Below, one piece after another: positions 1 through 9,521 of a DNA stretch of 64,000 nucleotides (position 1 is the stretch's first letter; every line of letters begins with the position of its first letter). Source of the DNA: Promethearchaeota archaeon (GTDB lineage Archaea > Asgardarchaeota > Lokiarchaeia > Sigyniarchaeales > SOKP01); the NCBI GenBank assembly GCA_016840165.1, contig JAEOSU010000072.1, positions 224,001-288,000 of the forward strand, read 5' to 3'. The position numbers and the translations under genes are program-made. The notes beneath the pieces were generated by a model. That model was not told the origin of the DNA and searched no databases. It saw only the letters and a program-made list of their open reading frames with translations.

Positions 1-152
1 TCTTCCCTAGAAATATTATCCATAGATGAATGAACTCTTACAATATTAGTGATAATAGTATTATTCTTTCCCATATAAAATAATTTTGGGAAAGATATTG
101 ATTTTCATTAAATTTATATCGATTGATTTAAAAATATATATTGTGATTTCTA

Positions 153-836
153 ATGTCGGATGAAAGTACCCTTAATGTTATTGATGGAACTTTACGTTCT
201 GTTGAAGAAAATTTTAAAAAGTTTATTGAAGTCCTTGAGACTGCCAAAAATGAGCTCATAATTTTGGAAAATGATAAAGCACAGCTCAGTCATGATAAGG
301 ATTTACTTCAAAAAGAAAAAGAGCAATTAGAACAAGCAACCAACATGTTAGAAAAAGATAAGAACAATTTAGAAAGGGAAAAACAATTATTAGAAACAGA
401 AAAACAAAAATTAGAAAAAGAAAAAGAAGAAAAGGAGCAAAAGATTGGAGAATTAACCAGCGAACAGTTACGTTTGTTAGATGAATACAAGAATTTAAAA
501 GTAGAACTAAAAAAATTCATGAAAATAGCACAAGACCAAGAAGAGTCAGAATTCAATTTTGAAAGAATAAAAGCTTTATTGTCAATAACAATGCTTCTTA
601 TTCAAGAGATCTGGCAAGGTCAACCTCATTACCGAATTTTGTTAACACTTCATGGAGAGAGGGAAGAAATGACTCGGGAACAACTTAAAAATACAACTGG
701 AATTTCTGGAGCAATGGTTTTACGAGCGATTCATGAGTTAGTAAAGATAGATTTGGTGGAATATGATGAAGAGCGCTCACTTGTCAAATTAAAAAAGCGT
801 TTATTTGAGAAAAAAGCCTTGGAAAAAAAAAGTTAA
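153..836 (+). CDS. Coiled-coil protein with C-terminal winged-helix domain
   Basis: Long E/K/L heptad run (LEKDKNNLEREKQLLETEKQKLEKEK) followed by a wHTH-like segment (ILLTLHGEREEMTREQLKNTTGISGAMVLRAIHELVKIDLVEYD). Confidence 0.7.
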   Translation: MSDESTLNVIDGTLRSVEENFKKFIEVLETAKNELIILENDKAQLSHDKDLLQKEKEQLEQATNMLEKDKNNLEREKQLLETEKQKLEKEKEEKEQKIGELTSEQLRLLDEYKNLKVELKKFMKIAQDQEESEFNFERIKALLSITMLLIQEIWQGQPHYRILLTLHGEREEMTREQLKNTTGISGAMVLRAIHELVKIDLVEYDEERSLVKLKKRLFEKKALEKKS

Positions 837-838
837 TG

Positions 839-1903
839 TTATTTTACAATTACCATCTCGTGCAAAGCAGTTCCTTCGTCTTTATATTTTTTGCCATTAT
901 GAGTGAAGTTAATCTCAAATTTTGAATTAAATCTAAAATATCCTGGATTTAGTTTTAGAACTTTATTTGCTAGAAAGCGTAATATTGGATTGAAGTCAGA
1001 AAGTAAAAGCTCAGCATCAATAATTTTTTCAACATTGAGAGTGATTTCATTTTGTTCAGATAATATAAATTTTAATGATTTGGGATAATTATTTTTTATT
1101 TTTTCATTATATTGGAAACTATTTTCCAAGAAATCAAATTCGCCCGTGCTAAGAATTATTTCATCATTTTTTGCAAGCATAAAGACTTTAATATTGTAGT
1201 TATCCATCTTCTCATTACAGCTAATATAAGCATAGATGATAGTCAAGTTTTCTGAATAGATTCGTCCCCAATGCCAATATTTTACAACTTTAATAGCATT
1301 AAAGCTTATCCAGTTGTGATCATGATATCCAAACCCTTTCACTGGTATTATCCTATTATATACTTTAATTGTTCCTTCTACTTTTGCTCTTGGTAGAGGT
1401 ACAACCCATCCAAATTCACCTATTTCACTAAATTGAACATATCCTCTACCCGGCATCCATCCAGGAACTTGAGCTGTGTATTTTAAATGAAGACCAAATT
1501 TACCCTCATCTAAAAATACTTCATATACAGGGAATTTTTCATTTGAATAGTCAACTTTTATATAATTATTATTAATCTGCAGATCTGCTAACTCATGAGA
1601 GACCTTTAGATCAGAACGACGATACTTATAGAAATTTTGTATTTTTGCCCCTTCAGGTGTATAGATAGTGATTTCTACACCTGTTTTCCCTGTACGTTGA
1701 TGCTTTGCACAAAAAAATCCAACTACAGTATATCCATCTTCAAGATGAGCATCAAAATACCACCATTCAGAATTTCCTCTTTTTTTCATATCTATATGTA
1801 TAGCATCATATTCGGGTTTAAATTTTGTTATATGCTCATCTTTTCTTCCTGGTCCAGACCATGCCTCAATTATTTTGAGTTTATTATTTTTCATTTTTCC
1901 CAT
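839..1903 (-). CDS. CrtC/AttH-like lipocalin-fold protein (hydroxyneurosporene synthase/tocopherol cyclase-like)
   Basis: EWWYFDAHL and GYHDHNW...WHWGR motifs. Start moved from 2023 to the ATG at 1903, which has GGTGA upstream and avoids overlap with the next gene. Confidence 0.65.
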   Translation of the reverse strand: MGKMKNNKLKIIEAWSGPGRKDEHITKFKPEYDAIHIDMKKRGNSEWWYFDAHLEDGYTVVGFFCAKHQRTGKTGVEITIYTPEGAKIQNFYKYRRSDLKVSHELADLQINNNYIKVDYSNEKFPVYEVFLDEGKFGLHLKYTAQVPGWMPGRGYVQFSEIGEFGWVVPLPRAKVEGTIKVYNRIIPVKGFGYHDHNWISFNAIKVVKYWHWGRIYSENLTIIYAYISCNEKMDNYNIKVFMLAKNDEIILSTGEFDFLENSFQYNEKIKNNYPKSLKFILSEQNEITLNVEKIIDAELLLSDFNPILRFLANKVLKLNPGYFRFNSKFEINFTHNGKKYKDEGTALHEMVIVK

Positions 1904-1941
1904 CTTATTTTCACCATTCGTTTTATTTACTTTCAAAAATC

Positions 1942-2358
1942 CTATTTTTTTAGAAGTTCGAAAATCTTTAATAACGAGAGTAGTTTTAAAATACCCTTCA
2001 TTTTCACTTCCCTTACTAACCATTTGGCAATTATATTTAATATTGTAATTTTATCCATCGCTAAAGCGAGAAATAGTTGAGAATTCATCGAGATGAAACC
2101 ATCCCATCCAATTAGTTTCTTTTTTAAATTAGATGCAGGTTTATTTGGAACACTTTCGACCCTTAAAGAGCCCTCATTGATGGTTACCAGGGCAGCATGA
2201 TTTAAATTAGATGCATTGATTAGATATTTTTTCTTAAAATTTTTGAATTTTTGTTTGAATTCTTGATTCTGATTTAGAGGATCCATTATTTTTTTAATAA
2301 GTCCTGCAAATCCTCTTGCTTCTGGATTTATCAATTCTTGTTCATTCATTTTTCTCAT
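1942..2358 (-). CDS. SCP2 (sterol carrier protein-2)-like lipid-binding domain protein
   Basis: Small alpha/beta protein; the C-terminal pattern (DGFISMNSQLFLALAMDKITILNIIAKWLVREVKMKG) resembles SCP2 domains. Confidence 0.5.
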   Translation of the reverse strand: MRKMNEQELINPEARGFAGLIKKIMDPLNQNQEFKQKFKNFKKKYLINASNLNHAALVTINEGSLRVESVPNKPASNLKKKLIGWDGFISMNSQLFLALAMDKITILNIIAKWLVREVKMKGILKLLSLLKIFELLKK

Positions 2359-2382
2359 TCACACTCATAATGATAAAAAGTT

Positions 2383-3942
2383 TTATTTTGCAGAAATATA
2401 GAATCCCGAATCGGCGATGTTGTTTGGGTCAAAAGCTTTTTTTATCTTTCTTAGCCATTTATGATAATTCATCATATGCGGACCAAACATATTATGCATT
2501 CTATCACCCTCAACGAAAAATGGTGCTCCAAGATGCTTAACTAAGTCAAAATGATAATTTTCTTCCATGTTTTCAGCAAATCCTTTAACACTTTTTTCAT
2601 CAGTTTGATCAAACATTGTAGGAGATTCAATATGAAAATAATGCCCTGATTCATATGATGTTATCCAGACCCCCTCTCCAAAATCATTTCCAATTACTCC
2701 TTTCTTTATATATTTTTTTTTTAAAGGTATACTCATTTTAGTAGTATTTAAACATAATCTAGCTGTATCACATTGACCTTTTGACGACTGAAAACCTCCA
2801 GTTACGATAAATCCATGAAGACCCAAATTCGAACGTAAGGCTTCAGCATAGAAGAGGCTATTGGGTGTGTATTTAGATCCAATTACATTTTCTAATTTAA
2901 ATTCACTCATTAACATATTCATTACTTTTTGTTTATATTCAAATTCACGTTTAGTTCTTGCTGCAATAAGGACTAATAAAGGTGCTCGTATACTAACAAT
3001 TGGTATTTTGTCCATTAACGATTCAATACTATTAGAAAAAATTGCTCCTAAACCATACCCAGATAAATGACTACAAATGAATGAGATTTCCTCCTCTTCG
3101 ACTCTGTAAAAGACTTTTTCTAAATGTTTATAGTTCTTACAATCCATAACATATAATTTCATAAAGTCAGGAATCTCAAATTCATAATTAGGAGAATTGC
3201 CTTTTAATTTAAATTTGGTACTACAGGGATATGGAAAAAGTTTAAATGCAACTTTTGTAAACACACCTATGCCTGATTTTGCTCCTGCCCACCCACGCAT
3301 TATCCCTCTTAAACTTGGACCTGGACCATCTCCATTATACCAATCTGGATCATTTTTCAAACCCGTTGAACCTAACCTTAAGATTTCTCCATCAGGTAAA
3401 ACCCATTCAACACCTAATACATTTCGGGCACTATGACCAGTATGTGGAGAGGTAAATCCTGGTCCATTCATGCTAGTGGCACTAGCTAAAGGTGAAACTT
3501 GGGGTCCCGCTCCAGGCATATGGACTGTCAAACCATATTTCATGGTTTCTACTTGTAGTTGTGCTCCACTTACGTATGGTTCAACAACTGCATAAAGATT
3601 CTTATCATCAATTTTTACAATCTTATTCATCCTACGTAAGTCTAATATAATACTATTTTCTGATGACGGCTGGTTCCATGGCCCAAGCCCGGTAGATTGA
3701 GCTTTAAACTGAAGATTAAATTTATTGCAAATCTTAATAATTTGTTGAACTTCTTCTGAACTAGAAGGTAAGATTACAGCTTTTGGAACTGGAGAAAATG
3801 GAATAGCCTCTTTCTCTTCCATATAATTTACGAATTCGGTGCACCAATTATATGAATAGGCATTTGTCATTACTTCACTATCATCAATATTCTTTGATCC
3901 AACTACATTTTGAAATTCTTCTAATATCTGCTTCTTTAGCAT
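2383..3942 (-). CDS. FAD-binding oxidoreductase (GlcD/VAO family)
   Basis: PKAVILPSSSEEVQQIIKICN, LDLRRMNKIVKID, GVEWVLPDGEILRLG and C-terminal KIKKAFDPNNI. Confidence 0.85.
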   Translation of the reverse strand: MLKKQILEEFQNVVGSKNIDDSEVMTNAYSYNWCTEFVNYMEEKEAIPFSPVPKAVILPSSSEEVQQIIKICNKFNLQFKAQSTGLGPWNQPSSENSIILDLRRMNKIVKIDDKNLYAVVEPYVSGAQLQVETMKYGLTVHMPGAGPQVSPLASATSMNGPGFTSPHTGHSARNVLGVEWVLPDGEILRLGSTGLKNDPDWYNGDGPGPSLRGIMRGWAGAKSGIGVFTKVAFKLFPYPCSTKFKLKGNSPNYEFEIPDFMKLYVMDCKNYKHLEKVFYRVEEEEISFICSHLSGYGLGAIFSNSIESLMDKIPIVSIRAPLLVLIAARTKREFEYKQKVMNMLMSEFKLENVIGSKYTPNSLFYAEALRSNLGLHGFIVTGGFQSSKGQCDTARLCLNTTKMSIPLKKKYIKKGVIGNDFGEGVWITSYESGHYFHIESPTMFDQTDEKSVKGFAENMEENYHFDLVKHLGAPFFVEGDRMHNMFGPHMMNYHKWLRKIKKAFDPNNIADSGFYISAK

Positions 3943-3944
3943 AT

Positions 3945-5249
3945 TTAAGCAACCTCTGCTAATACTTGCTTTAATTTTTCAGAATCTAACCCTAAAGCCA
4001 TTAACAATAATTCACTAATATCAAAATATCTTAATTTTGAACCACTATCTTTTATCCCATCTTGTAAATTAGTTGAGCAAAATGGACAAGCAGAGACTAA
4101 AATATCAGCTCCAGTTTCCTCTGCTTCTTCTATTCTTATTTTTGCAGTATCAAGAGCCATCTCAGGGAATGCAGATTTGACTCCCGCTCCTGCCCCACAA
4201 CAATAAGCATATTCTTTAATTCTTTCCATTTCTACAAGTTTCAACCCAGGAATTTTATTTAAGATAGCTCGAGGAGCATCATAAATTCCTTTTTTACCAG
4301 TTCTTTTAGGTTTTGGAGGGATATTAATTGAGACTAATGGCATTAATTGTACTTCATCTCCTTCCCATTGTTCATATCTCTCTGCGTTCCTTCCAAGATG
4401 ACAAGGATCATGATAGGTTGCGGTTAGTGGTATTTCCTTAGTTAAATTCAGTTTATTTTCTTCAAGTAATCGATTAAAGAATTCCACCGTATGAAGCACT
4501 TCAAAATTGTAATCACGATATAAGGGATAATCTACCTTAAAAGTATCATAACATCCTGCACAACTGAATACAACTGTCTCTATACCTCTCGATTCAATAA
4601 TTTCGATGTTTTTATTCAAAATTTCTTGAAAAGTAGGAATATCCCCAGTTCTTAATATTGGACTACCGCAGCAATATTCGTTATCTCCTAAGATATCAAA
4701 TGGTATTCCTGCTGCATTCATAATTCTAGCTGCTGCTAATGCCATTTCCTGTCTCCTATATGAAGAAGTACATCCAATATAATAGAGTACTTTAGCATCA
4801 TGATCAACTTCAATATCATCCGGAAGCCAATCCATTCTATTCTCATGAGGTTCATTATATGGATTGTTTACCTTCTTAGTTGCGGCAATATAAGCTTTCT
4901 GCTTTGGCATTGGCCCATAACCTGTTTCAACTAACTTCTCTCTTAATCTCATCATTATTTCAAGGGGTTCTAATGTATAAAGAAATTTACATGAAATAGC
5001 ACAATTACCGCATTCAGTACATTTATAAACAATCTCTAATAATTCCTTGGATGGTTTAATTCTGCCCATTTCCAATGCTAATGCTAAAATAATTTTTCCA
5101 CCTCCACTATAGGGATGATAATTATAGAGATCAATAGCAGGGCAAGCAGTTGCATATTTTTGACTTTTAATTTGAACTTGGGGAATCCATTTGCAAATTG
5201 AACAGCGCAAGCACCGCTTTATCATTTTTTGATATTCTTCTTCATTCAT
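3945..5249 (-). CDS. Fe-S oxidoreductase with two CCG domains (GlcF/HdrD-like)
   Basis: CLRCSIC and CTECGNCAISC clusters; YYIGC, CCGS, SCAGC, YHDPCHL, CCGAG and ACPFC motifs. Confidence 0.9.
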   Translation of the reverse strand: MNEEEYQKMIKRCLRCSICKWIPQVQIKSQKYATACPAIDLYNYHPYSGGGKIILALALEMGRIKPSKELLEIVYKCTECGNCAISCKFLYTLEPLEIMMRLREKLVETGYGPMPKQKAYIAATKKVNNPYNEPHENRMDWLPDDIEVDHDAKVLYYIGCTSSYRRQEMALAAARIMNAAGIPFDILGDNEYCCGSPILRTGDIPTFQEILNKNIEIIESRGIETVVFSCAGCYDTFKVDYPLYRDYNFEVLHTVEFFNRLLEENKLNLTKEIPLTATYHDPCHLGRNAERYEQWEGDEVQLMPLVSINIPPKPKRTGKKGIYDAPRAILNKIPGLKLVEMERIKEYAYCCGAGAGVKSAFPEMALDTAKIRIEEAEETGADILVSACPFCSTNLQDGIKDSGSKLRYFDISELLLMALGLDSEKLKQVLAEVA

Positions 5250-6765
5250 CTTGGTTCCTTTTGTTTTTTTCTTTATTCAATAAAATTCTTTTTAATTTAT
5301 CATCAAAACAGAGAACCCCAGGATTTAATACGTTGTTTGGATCAAATATATCTTTAACTTTTTTCAAAGCTAGGGATGTTTGTTTATCATGTCTTGCATA
5401 CATTTCTTTTGCCCAGAAACCATATGGGCGATTAAAGAAAGCTCCAGAATCCATTAAATCTGAACTAATTTCTAAAAATAACCTTTTTATTTCTTTAATT
5501 CTAATTTTTTCAATTGGATCATAAAAAAGGTCAAACTCACAATGATATGAACTCCCTTGATTTATAGGTTGAATATATACTCCCATCTCATCATTGTATT
5601 TCGATTCTACCATTAAAATATACTTTAAAATATTCTTAAAATTGCTAATAAAGAAAATATCTTGATATTGGCCTTTATACCTAGCTCTCCAGGGCTCTAA
5701 AGTAGAAATATTTACACATTTTAAAATATCATCAAAATTATTGAGATTAGATTTCTCTAAATGTTCAAAATTAGATGTTTCAATCAGGTCGTTTATATCT
5801 CCATCAAGATAATCTAGTTTATCTTTAGCCAATTCACCTCTTCCAGATATTATAAATACTAAGTTCCATTTTGAAAGAGCATCAGAAAATTTTTTTATTT
5901 CCTCTTTTTTCTCCTTGAGTAAACATGCTAAATTTAAATTATTTAAGATAAAGGTTTCATCGCATAATCTATATTTAACTAATTTTTGTTGAAAATCTAA
6001 TAATTCTTCAATATTATTTGATTGATAATGAAATACTTTTTGAAGGGTAGGAATTAATTCTAATTTCAGTGTAGCCCACGAAACAATACCAAGACTACCT
6101 TGTGCTCCTTGTATCACTCTATAAGGACTAAATTGAGTAGGTCCCATGGGATTCACATGAGCTAATCCCTTTTTTCTTTGTTGTTTAATTGATCCTGAAC
6201 CCGCAGCCGTTCCAGTCCTAAATAAATCTCCGGTTCCAAAAACAACTTCTATACATAACAATGGATCAGAACTATCCCAATGATATCGTGGAATTATAAT
6301 AGGTTCTCGCTCAAGAGCACTTGTAATTACAGATTTCGTTCCAGTAGGGTAAAGAGGTAATAATAATTTTAAACCTTTTTTTTTAAGTATAGGAATTAGA
6401 GAAGCAAAATTTACCCCAGGTTCAATCTTAACCACTCTGTTTTTCCTATCAACGGATAGAATTCTGTTCATTTTGGACAAATTCATAATAATAGAATCTT
6501 CTTTTCTAGGAATCGTATCTCCATGATGTCTAAATTTAGAATTTGAACTTATAGGAACAACGGAAAAATTCATTTGGTTAGCAATTTTTAAGATTTTAAT
6601 TATTTGCTGTACTTTATTAGGCCAAACTATAAATTTAGGCTTACTTCCTATTAAAAAGCTCTTATCAAAAGAATAATCTTCTAAAAGCACAGGATTATTT
6701 GAGATATTTTTAGAACCACAAATTTTAGATAGACTATGATATAAAGTGTCTTCATTTATCTTCAT
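5242..6765 (-). CDS. FAD-binding oxidoreductase (GlcD/VAO family), second paralogue
   Basis: LSKMNRILSVDRKNRVVKIEPGV, GAQGSLGIV, KVKDIFDPNNVLNPG. The ATG at 6765 is preferred to the GTG at 6786. Confidence 0.85.
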   Translation of the reverse strand: MKINEDTLYHSLSKICGSKNISNNPVLLEDYSFDKSFLIGSKPKFIVWPNKVQQIIKILKIANQMNFSVVPISSNSKFRHHGDTIPRKEDSIIMNLSKMNRILSVDRKNRVVKIEPGVNFASLIPILKKKGLKLLLPLYPTGTKSVITSALEREPIIIPRYHWDSSDPLLCIEVVFGTGDLFRTGTAAGSGSIKQQRKKGLAHVNPMGPTQFSPYRVIQGAQGSLGIVSWATLKLELIPTLQKVFHYQSNNIEELLDFQQKLVKYRLCDETFILNNLNLACLLKEKKEEIKKFSDALSKWNLVFIISGRGELAKDKLDYLDGDINDLIETSNFEHLEKSNLNNFDDILKCVNISTLEPWRARYKGQYQDIFFISNFKNILKYILMVESKYNDEMGVYIQPINQGSSYHCEFDLFYDPIEKIRIKEIKRLFLEISSDLMDSGAFFNRPYGFWAKEMYARHDKQTSLALKKVKDIFDPNNVLNPGVLCFDDKLKRILLNKEKNKRNQDE

Positions 6766-6889
6766 AAAATCAACTATAAAACACAATAAATAGCAACAAT
6801 TTTTTAATCTATAAAGATGTTTTGATTAAGTGACTTTTAAATATGGATGAAATCTATTTTTTTTATTAATAAAAAAAAAGGGTGAAAAA

Positions 6890-8296
6890 TTGAAAGCTTA
6901 TGATATAATAATAGTGGGTGCCGGACCTGGTGGCTCTATGGCAGCTAAAATTGCAGCTGAAGAAGGGCTTAAAACAATCTTTTTTGAGAGAGGACGAAAA
7001 CCAGGTGAAAAAAATTCTTCTGGTTGTGGATTAGGACCACGTATGTGGCAAACTTTCCCTGATTTAATGAAGTACTTGACCCCTGAGAAATGTCCTTCTA
7101 TGAGGGCTGGATCAGCTTCTCGTAATTATTTTGTTAACGAAGAAGGTAGAGTAGTAGGGTATATTATGGCGCACCCTACTGAATCAGTGTCGTATGAACC
7201 TGCTAAAAGCTGGATTACGATGAACTGTTATCGAAGCGAATTTGATCCATGGATCGCCGAATTTGCTACTAAAGAAGGAGCTGAATTAAAAACTTCAAGA
7301 TTAATTATTGATTTATTAAAGGAAGAGGGAAAAATTTGTGGAGTGGTTGATGAACGTGGAGAGAAATATAAAGCACCTATAGTAATTGGAGCAGATGGTG
7401 CGATATCATTGGTTGCTAAAAAGAGTGGTTTAAGAACAAAATGGGCTCAGGATCAAATTACAATTGTTCCTCAATATGATTTTCATGCTCCCTCAAGTAA
7501 AATCGATGATATAATGGGAGATGAAGCACTTGCGGTTTGGTGGTCTGCGATCTTCCCCGCATCGTATCAAGTTTTCTTTCATGATGGGTTTCATCAAGGT
7601 TTAGGTAATTGGTTGAATAAATGGGATAAGAATCCGTTATTTTTTCTAAATCGTGTTGTTAATCTCAAGTATTATCAACGGTTATTAAAGAATTTAGATG
7701 CTAAACCAAGAGAATTACAATCACATCTTCTTCCTTGGTTAAAATATCCATATAATACCCATACTGATGGGGTTATTTTAATTGGAGATGCTGGGGGATT
7801 TCCTTGCCCTCTTGAAGCAGAAGGAATTTATCCAGCAATGGTTACAGGAAAGGTAGCCGCAGAAGTTGCTGCTGAAGCAATCACATCTGAAGATGTTTCA
7901 AAAAATGCTCTTTCAAAATTTGATGAACAATGGAAAAAAACTAGTATTGGAGAAGAATTCGAAGCAGGAGAGGAACTATATAATATTTGGAAAGCATTGC
8001 CCTTTAGCCCTAAAGAAACAATGAGTTGGTTTATACCAATGTTTATGGACCTATTGGGAGGAATCTTTGATTGGTCACAGCCACACGCAAAACGCGTTCG
8101 GCAAATAGCTAGTCATGTCAAATCTTATATGCCACAAGCTTTACCATTTATTATGAAATATGTATTCCCTCTTGTTGCTAAAATTTTTGAAAATGATCTT
8201 GACAAAATGATGGACCCTCAAAAGTTAATGACAATGCTTCCAAAAATTATGGATCTCCTCCCAAAAAAGAAAAAACAAAGGAGGGATCAAGCATGA
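6890..8296 (+). CDS. Geranylgeranyl reductase/FixC-like FAD-dependent oxidoreductase
   Basis: YDIIIVGAGPGG, ERGRKPGEKN, RSEFDPWIA, GADG and IGDAGG...EGI motifs; GGTGA upstream of the TTG start. Confidence 0.85.
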   Translation: MKAYDIIIVGAGPGGSMAAKIAAEEGLKTIFFERGRKPGEKNSSGCGLGPRMWQTFPDLMKYLTPEKCPSMRAGSASRNYFVNEEGRVVGYIMAHPTESVSYEPAKSWITMNCYRSEFDPWIAEFATKEGAELKTSRLIIDLLKEEGKICGVVDERGEKYKAPIVIGADGAISLVAKKSGLRTKWAQDQITIVPQYDFHAPSSKIDDIMGDEALAVWWSAIFPASYQVFFHDGFHQGLGNWLNKWDKNPLFFLNRVVNLKYYQRLLKNLDAKPRELQSHLLPWLKYPYNTHTDGVILIGDAGGFPCPLEAEGIYPAMVTGKVAAEVAAEAITSEDVSKNALSKFDEQWKKTSIGEEFEAGEELYNIWKALPFSPKETMSWFIPMFMDLLGGIFDWSQPHAKRVRQIASHVKSYMPQALPFIMKYVFPLVAKIFENDLDKMMDPQKLMTMLPKIMDLLPKKKKQRRDQA

Positions 8297-8562
8297 AGAT
8301 TGAAATTGATGGATTAACGAAACATATTCCAGGAACGGGCGATTTTATTTCAATCGATAATAATAAATGTAATAATTGTGGGAGATGCATTCTTGTATGT
8401 TTGGTAAACTTGTGGTTTAGAAAAGACGATAAGATATATATATCTGAGGATTATAAAGAAAAATGCTTAGAATGTGCCGCTTGTTATCAAGTTTGCGATG
8501 CTAATGCTATAAAATTCCAATATCCAGCTGGAGGTACAGGAATAATTTATGAAAAAGGCTAA
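8293..8562 (+). CDS. 2[4Fe-4S] ferredoxin (FixX-like)
   Basis: CNNCGRCILVC and CLECAACYQVC; YPAGGTGIIY tail typical of FixX; ATGA overlap with the upstream gene. Confidence 0.85.
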   Translation: MKIEIDGLTKHIPGTGDFISIDNNKCNNCGRCILVCLVNLWFRKDDKIYISEDYKEKCLECAACYQVCDANAIKFQYPAGGTGIIYEKG

Positions 8563-8629
8563 TCCTTCTTTTATTTTTTTATTCTTTTAAGGATTTAAAT
8601 ATTAAAAAGAGGTACTTTAAATTTTATTT

Positions 8630-9520
8630 TTATAAGGAAATATTAAGTATTTTTTTTAATTCTTTATATCTTGAACGAAGGGTTACCTCAGTAACTCCAA
8701 TTAAATCTGCTATTTGTTTTTGTGTGAAATTTTCATTTTTTATTTTAGAAGCTAAATAAATCGCTCCACCAACAATTCCTTTTGGATCTTTACCGCTTGT
8801 AACAAAATTGGACGTATAAGTATCCGCTATTTTAATAGCTAATTTTTCAATTTCTGAAGATAATCCTAATTTAGTTGTGTATCGTGGAATTAAAGCAATT
8901 GGATTTGTATTAGGTGCCTTTAAATTTAATTCACGAATTACTACTCCATAACATCTTCTTACATCCTTTCCATTTTCATTAGTTTCATCTAAAACTTCTT
9001 GTAGTGTTCTAGTTATTCTATATTTTTTTATTGCATAATAAATACACGCTGCAATCATAGAATTGATTGATCTACCACGCAATAATTTCCGCTTGAATAC
9101 TTCTTTATAAAGGCTCATAGCTTCTTGCTTTACATGGTTAGGCAAATGTAAATTTGTACTAATTCTTTTTAGTTCCGTGGTAGCAATTAATATATTCCGT
9201 TTTTCCCAACTCATTCTAGTGTTCCATTTAGCTGCCCTTTTCAAGTCAGGATTGTTAATTTTATTTCGATCAATTACATTTGTTAATCCAATATCAGGTA
9301 CCAACACAGATATAGGAGCCCCAGTTCGTTCTCTATTATTTTTTTCATTCACTGTAAAAGCTCTTCTTCCATCATGAGAAAGATCTAATCTTTTCTCTTC
9401 TAATACTAATCCGCATTGGTTACAGATCAAATCTCCCGTCTCTTTTAAGGCGATAATAGCACCTCCACATTCAGGACATACATTAGAGTCGCTCTGCACG
9501 TTATTAGTCTTAGTAATCAT
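8630..9520 (-). CDS. tfb: Transcription initiation factor IIB (TFB)
   Basis: Zn ribbon CPECGG...CNQCG, B-reader RRAFT...RERTGAP, two cyclin repeats (LLRGRSI; GKDPKG; TQKQIADLIGVTEVTLRSRYKEL). The ATG at 9520 follows the clpB stop after 1 nt. Confidence 0.95.
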   Translation of the reverse strand: MITKTNNVQSDSNVCPECGGAIIALKETGDLICNQCGLVLEEKRLDLSHDGRRAFTVNEKNNRERTGAPISVLVPDIGLTNVIDRNKINNPDLKRAAKWNTRMSWEKRNILIATTELKRISTNLHLPNHVKQEAMSLYKEVFKRKLLRGRSINSMIAACIYYAIKKYRITRTLQEVLDETNENGKDVRRCYGVVIRELNLKAPNTNPIALIPRYTTKLGLSSEIEKLAIKIADTYTSNFVTSGKDPKGIVGGAIYLASKIKNENFTQKQIADLIGVTEVTLRSRYKELKKILNISL

Positions 9521-9521
9521 T

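Noticed and set aside
1-23. Possible minus-strand gene start (ATG at 23) leaving the window
   Set aside because: Only 7 codons are visible, so it cannot be supported.
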